From NCBI RefSeq assembly GCF_006345805.1, contig NW_021827718.1:1-10002 (forward strand): a stretch of DNA of 10,002 bases. Reading direction: 5' to 3'. The notes beneath the pieces are model-generated. The model had not been told where the DNA came from. It did no database searches and saw nothing but the letters and a program-made list of their open reading frames with translations. Below, piece after piece: positions 8,545-10,002 of this stretch. The number at the start of each line of letters is the position of its first letter. Position 1 is the first letter of the stretch. Position numbers and translations under genes: made by a program. This stretch comes from Octopus sinensis (taxonomy: Eukaryota).

Positions 8545-8665
8545 GTATGTATGTATGTATGTGTATATGTTTGTGTGTGTGTCGTAGCATCGCTTGACAG
8601 CCGATGCTAGTATGTTTACATCCTTGTAACTTAGCGGCTCGGCAAAGAGACCGATAGAATAAGTA
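8404..8665 (+). mobile_element. Internal fragment of a second octopus SINE family (family B) carrying an internal TA/TG microsatellite
   Basis: TGGGCAAGTGTCTTCTACTATAGCCTCGGG...GTGGATTTGG, then microsatellite, then CATCGCTTGACAGCCGATGCT...GACCGATAGAATAAGTA. Recognised from memory as an abundant octopus SINE body; head and tail are missing. Confidence 0.75.
8468..8582. repeat. (TA)n(TG)n microsatellite inside the family B SINE
   Basis: Direct inspection. Confidence 0.95.
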
Positions 8666-8744
8666 TGGGCGTATATGGGGGTGTGTATGAGGATGTGTTG
8701 GTGGGGGGGGGAGTGAAGGCGTATTGGTTGGTGGGGATAACATC

Positions 8745-8938
8745 GAAGATAACGATGAGGAGAAGAAGGAGAAGGAAGAGGAGGAAGAAGAGAAGGAGGT
8801 TGATGAAATGATGCTGGCGTTGACGATGGTGCTCATACGATGGAGGCGATGACGACGACTACGGTAACGACAAAGACGATGAAAGAAGAAGAAGAAGAAG
8901 AAGAAGAAGAAGAAGAAGACGAAGAAGAAGAGGAAGAA

Positions 8939-9005
<67 letters not shown>

Positions 9006-9156
9006 GGGATGATGATGGGGATGATTATGATGATGATGATGATGGAGATGGCCATCATGGTAATGATGATGGCAATGGTCATCATGATTAAGATGATGAT
9101 GTTGATGATGACGACGACGACGATGATGCATATGATGATGGCGATGGTCATGATGT

Positions 9157-9188
<32 letters not shown>

Positions 9189-9340
9189 CGACAGTCATTG
9201 TGATGATGATGATGATGATGATGATGACGACGATGATGATGATCGTCATGGTGATGATGATGATGATGATGATGATGAGAATGAGAAATAGGAGGAGGGA
9301 GGTGGTAGTGGTGGTAGTGGTGGTGGCGGCGGCGGTGGAT
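8745..9340. repeat. Compound trinucleotide array (GAA/GAG)-(GAT/GAC)-(GGT/GGC)
   Basis: Long GAA then GAT runs with frame shifts; source of the poly-E/D, poly-M, poly-H and poly-I ORFs. Confidence 0.95.
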
Positions 9341-9529
9341 GAGTTAGTTGTAGATTATCTTGTTCTGAACGACAAACCCGAAATCTGTCGAGAATGTCTT
9401 CCCAAGATGCCAGTCGATGACACAACCATTGTTTAATCTAATTACCTGCTCTTGTTTTGATTGTCAGTGACAAGTGTTTGCCCATTGTCTCCGAAAGTTA
9501 GCATAATTGCAAACGTGTTTATTTCATTT

Positions 9530-9637
9530 ACTTGTTGTCGCTACTGCTGCTGCTGTTTCTGTTGTTGTTGTTGTTGTTGTTACCGTTGTTATTGTTGTTA
9601 ATGATGGTTTTAAAGTATAGGTGTGTGTGTGTGTGTG
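9530..9637. repeat. (GCT)n/(GTT)n and (GT)n microsatellites
   Basis: Direct inspection. Confidence 0.9.
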
Positions 9638-9744
9638 CATCCGTACATCTGTGTATATGACTGTGTGTGGGTTTTTCGCCGTGTTAATATTGAATGTGTA
9701 CTAACAGCTTTAAGATATTATAAAGTCTTTAGTGTTAAAACAGC

Positions 9745-9885
9745 GGCGAGAGGAATGGCGGAAAGCACAAAATGACAGCCAGTGTGCGTAAATTTTCTTG
9801 GCATTTAGTTACGTCCCTCTCTTTGTTCCGAATTCAAATCTATCTGCTGGTGTCAGCGTTATCTTACACCAATCGAGTGTGTTGA
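9745..9885 (+). mobile_element. Highly degraded family A-like SINE
   Basis: GGCATTTAG...GTTCCGAATTCAAATC resembles the family A B-box region. Confidence 0.3.
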
Positions 9886-9913
9886 ATCGTTTAAGCTTTA
9901 GATAAAAATGGGT

Positions 9914-10002
9914 GGAGGCGCAATGACCCAGTGGTTAGGGCAGCGGACTCGCGGTCGTAGGATCGCGGTTTCGATTCCCAAACCGGGCGTTGTGAATGTT
10001 TA
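9914..10002 (+). mobile_element. 5' tRNA-derived head of a third SINE family (family C), truncated by the window end
   Basis: A-box TGACCCAGTGG 9924-9934 and B-box GTTTCGATTCC 9968-9978, CpG-rich. No acceptor stem closure or T-run terminator, so SINE rather than tRNA gene. Confidence 0.8.

Noticed and set aside
8354-9436. 265-aa minus ORF and acidic poly-E/D, poly-H and poly-M ORFs
   Set aside because: Trinucleotide arrays plus SINE sequence, open in several frames and both strands. The unique tail (DYLVLNDKPEICRECLPK...) lacks a convincing acceptor.
9914-9990. Possible tRNA gene
   Set aside because: Has A and B boxes but no proper acceptor stem or terminator, and continues as SINE body.

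Overview
AT-rich, repeat-dense eukaryotic genomic DNA. It is very likely Octopus, inferred from SINE sequences I recognise and the extreme microsatellite load; no database check was possible. Nearly all ORFs in the supplied track are translations of microsatellites, not genes. The window holds many tRNA-derived SINE copies from at least three families, relics of a fourth repeat, and long compound (TA/TG/GATA/ATT-ATC/GAA-GAT) arrays. It also has a few short candidate exons on the + strand: a clean 18-nt microexon at 780-797 and a 42-nt exon at 6241-6282 with a NAGNAG acceptor, suggesting the window is mostly intron of an unidentified + strand gene. The most notable structure is a SINE at 5484-5898 whose 184-bp body is tandemly duplicated inside a perfect 16-bp target-site duplication (TSD). 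The first 7 nt of that TSD match the junction between the two units. I found no evidence for a CRISPR array, ribozyme or novel enzymatic system.
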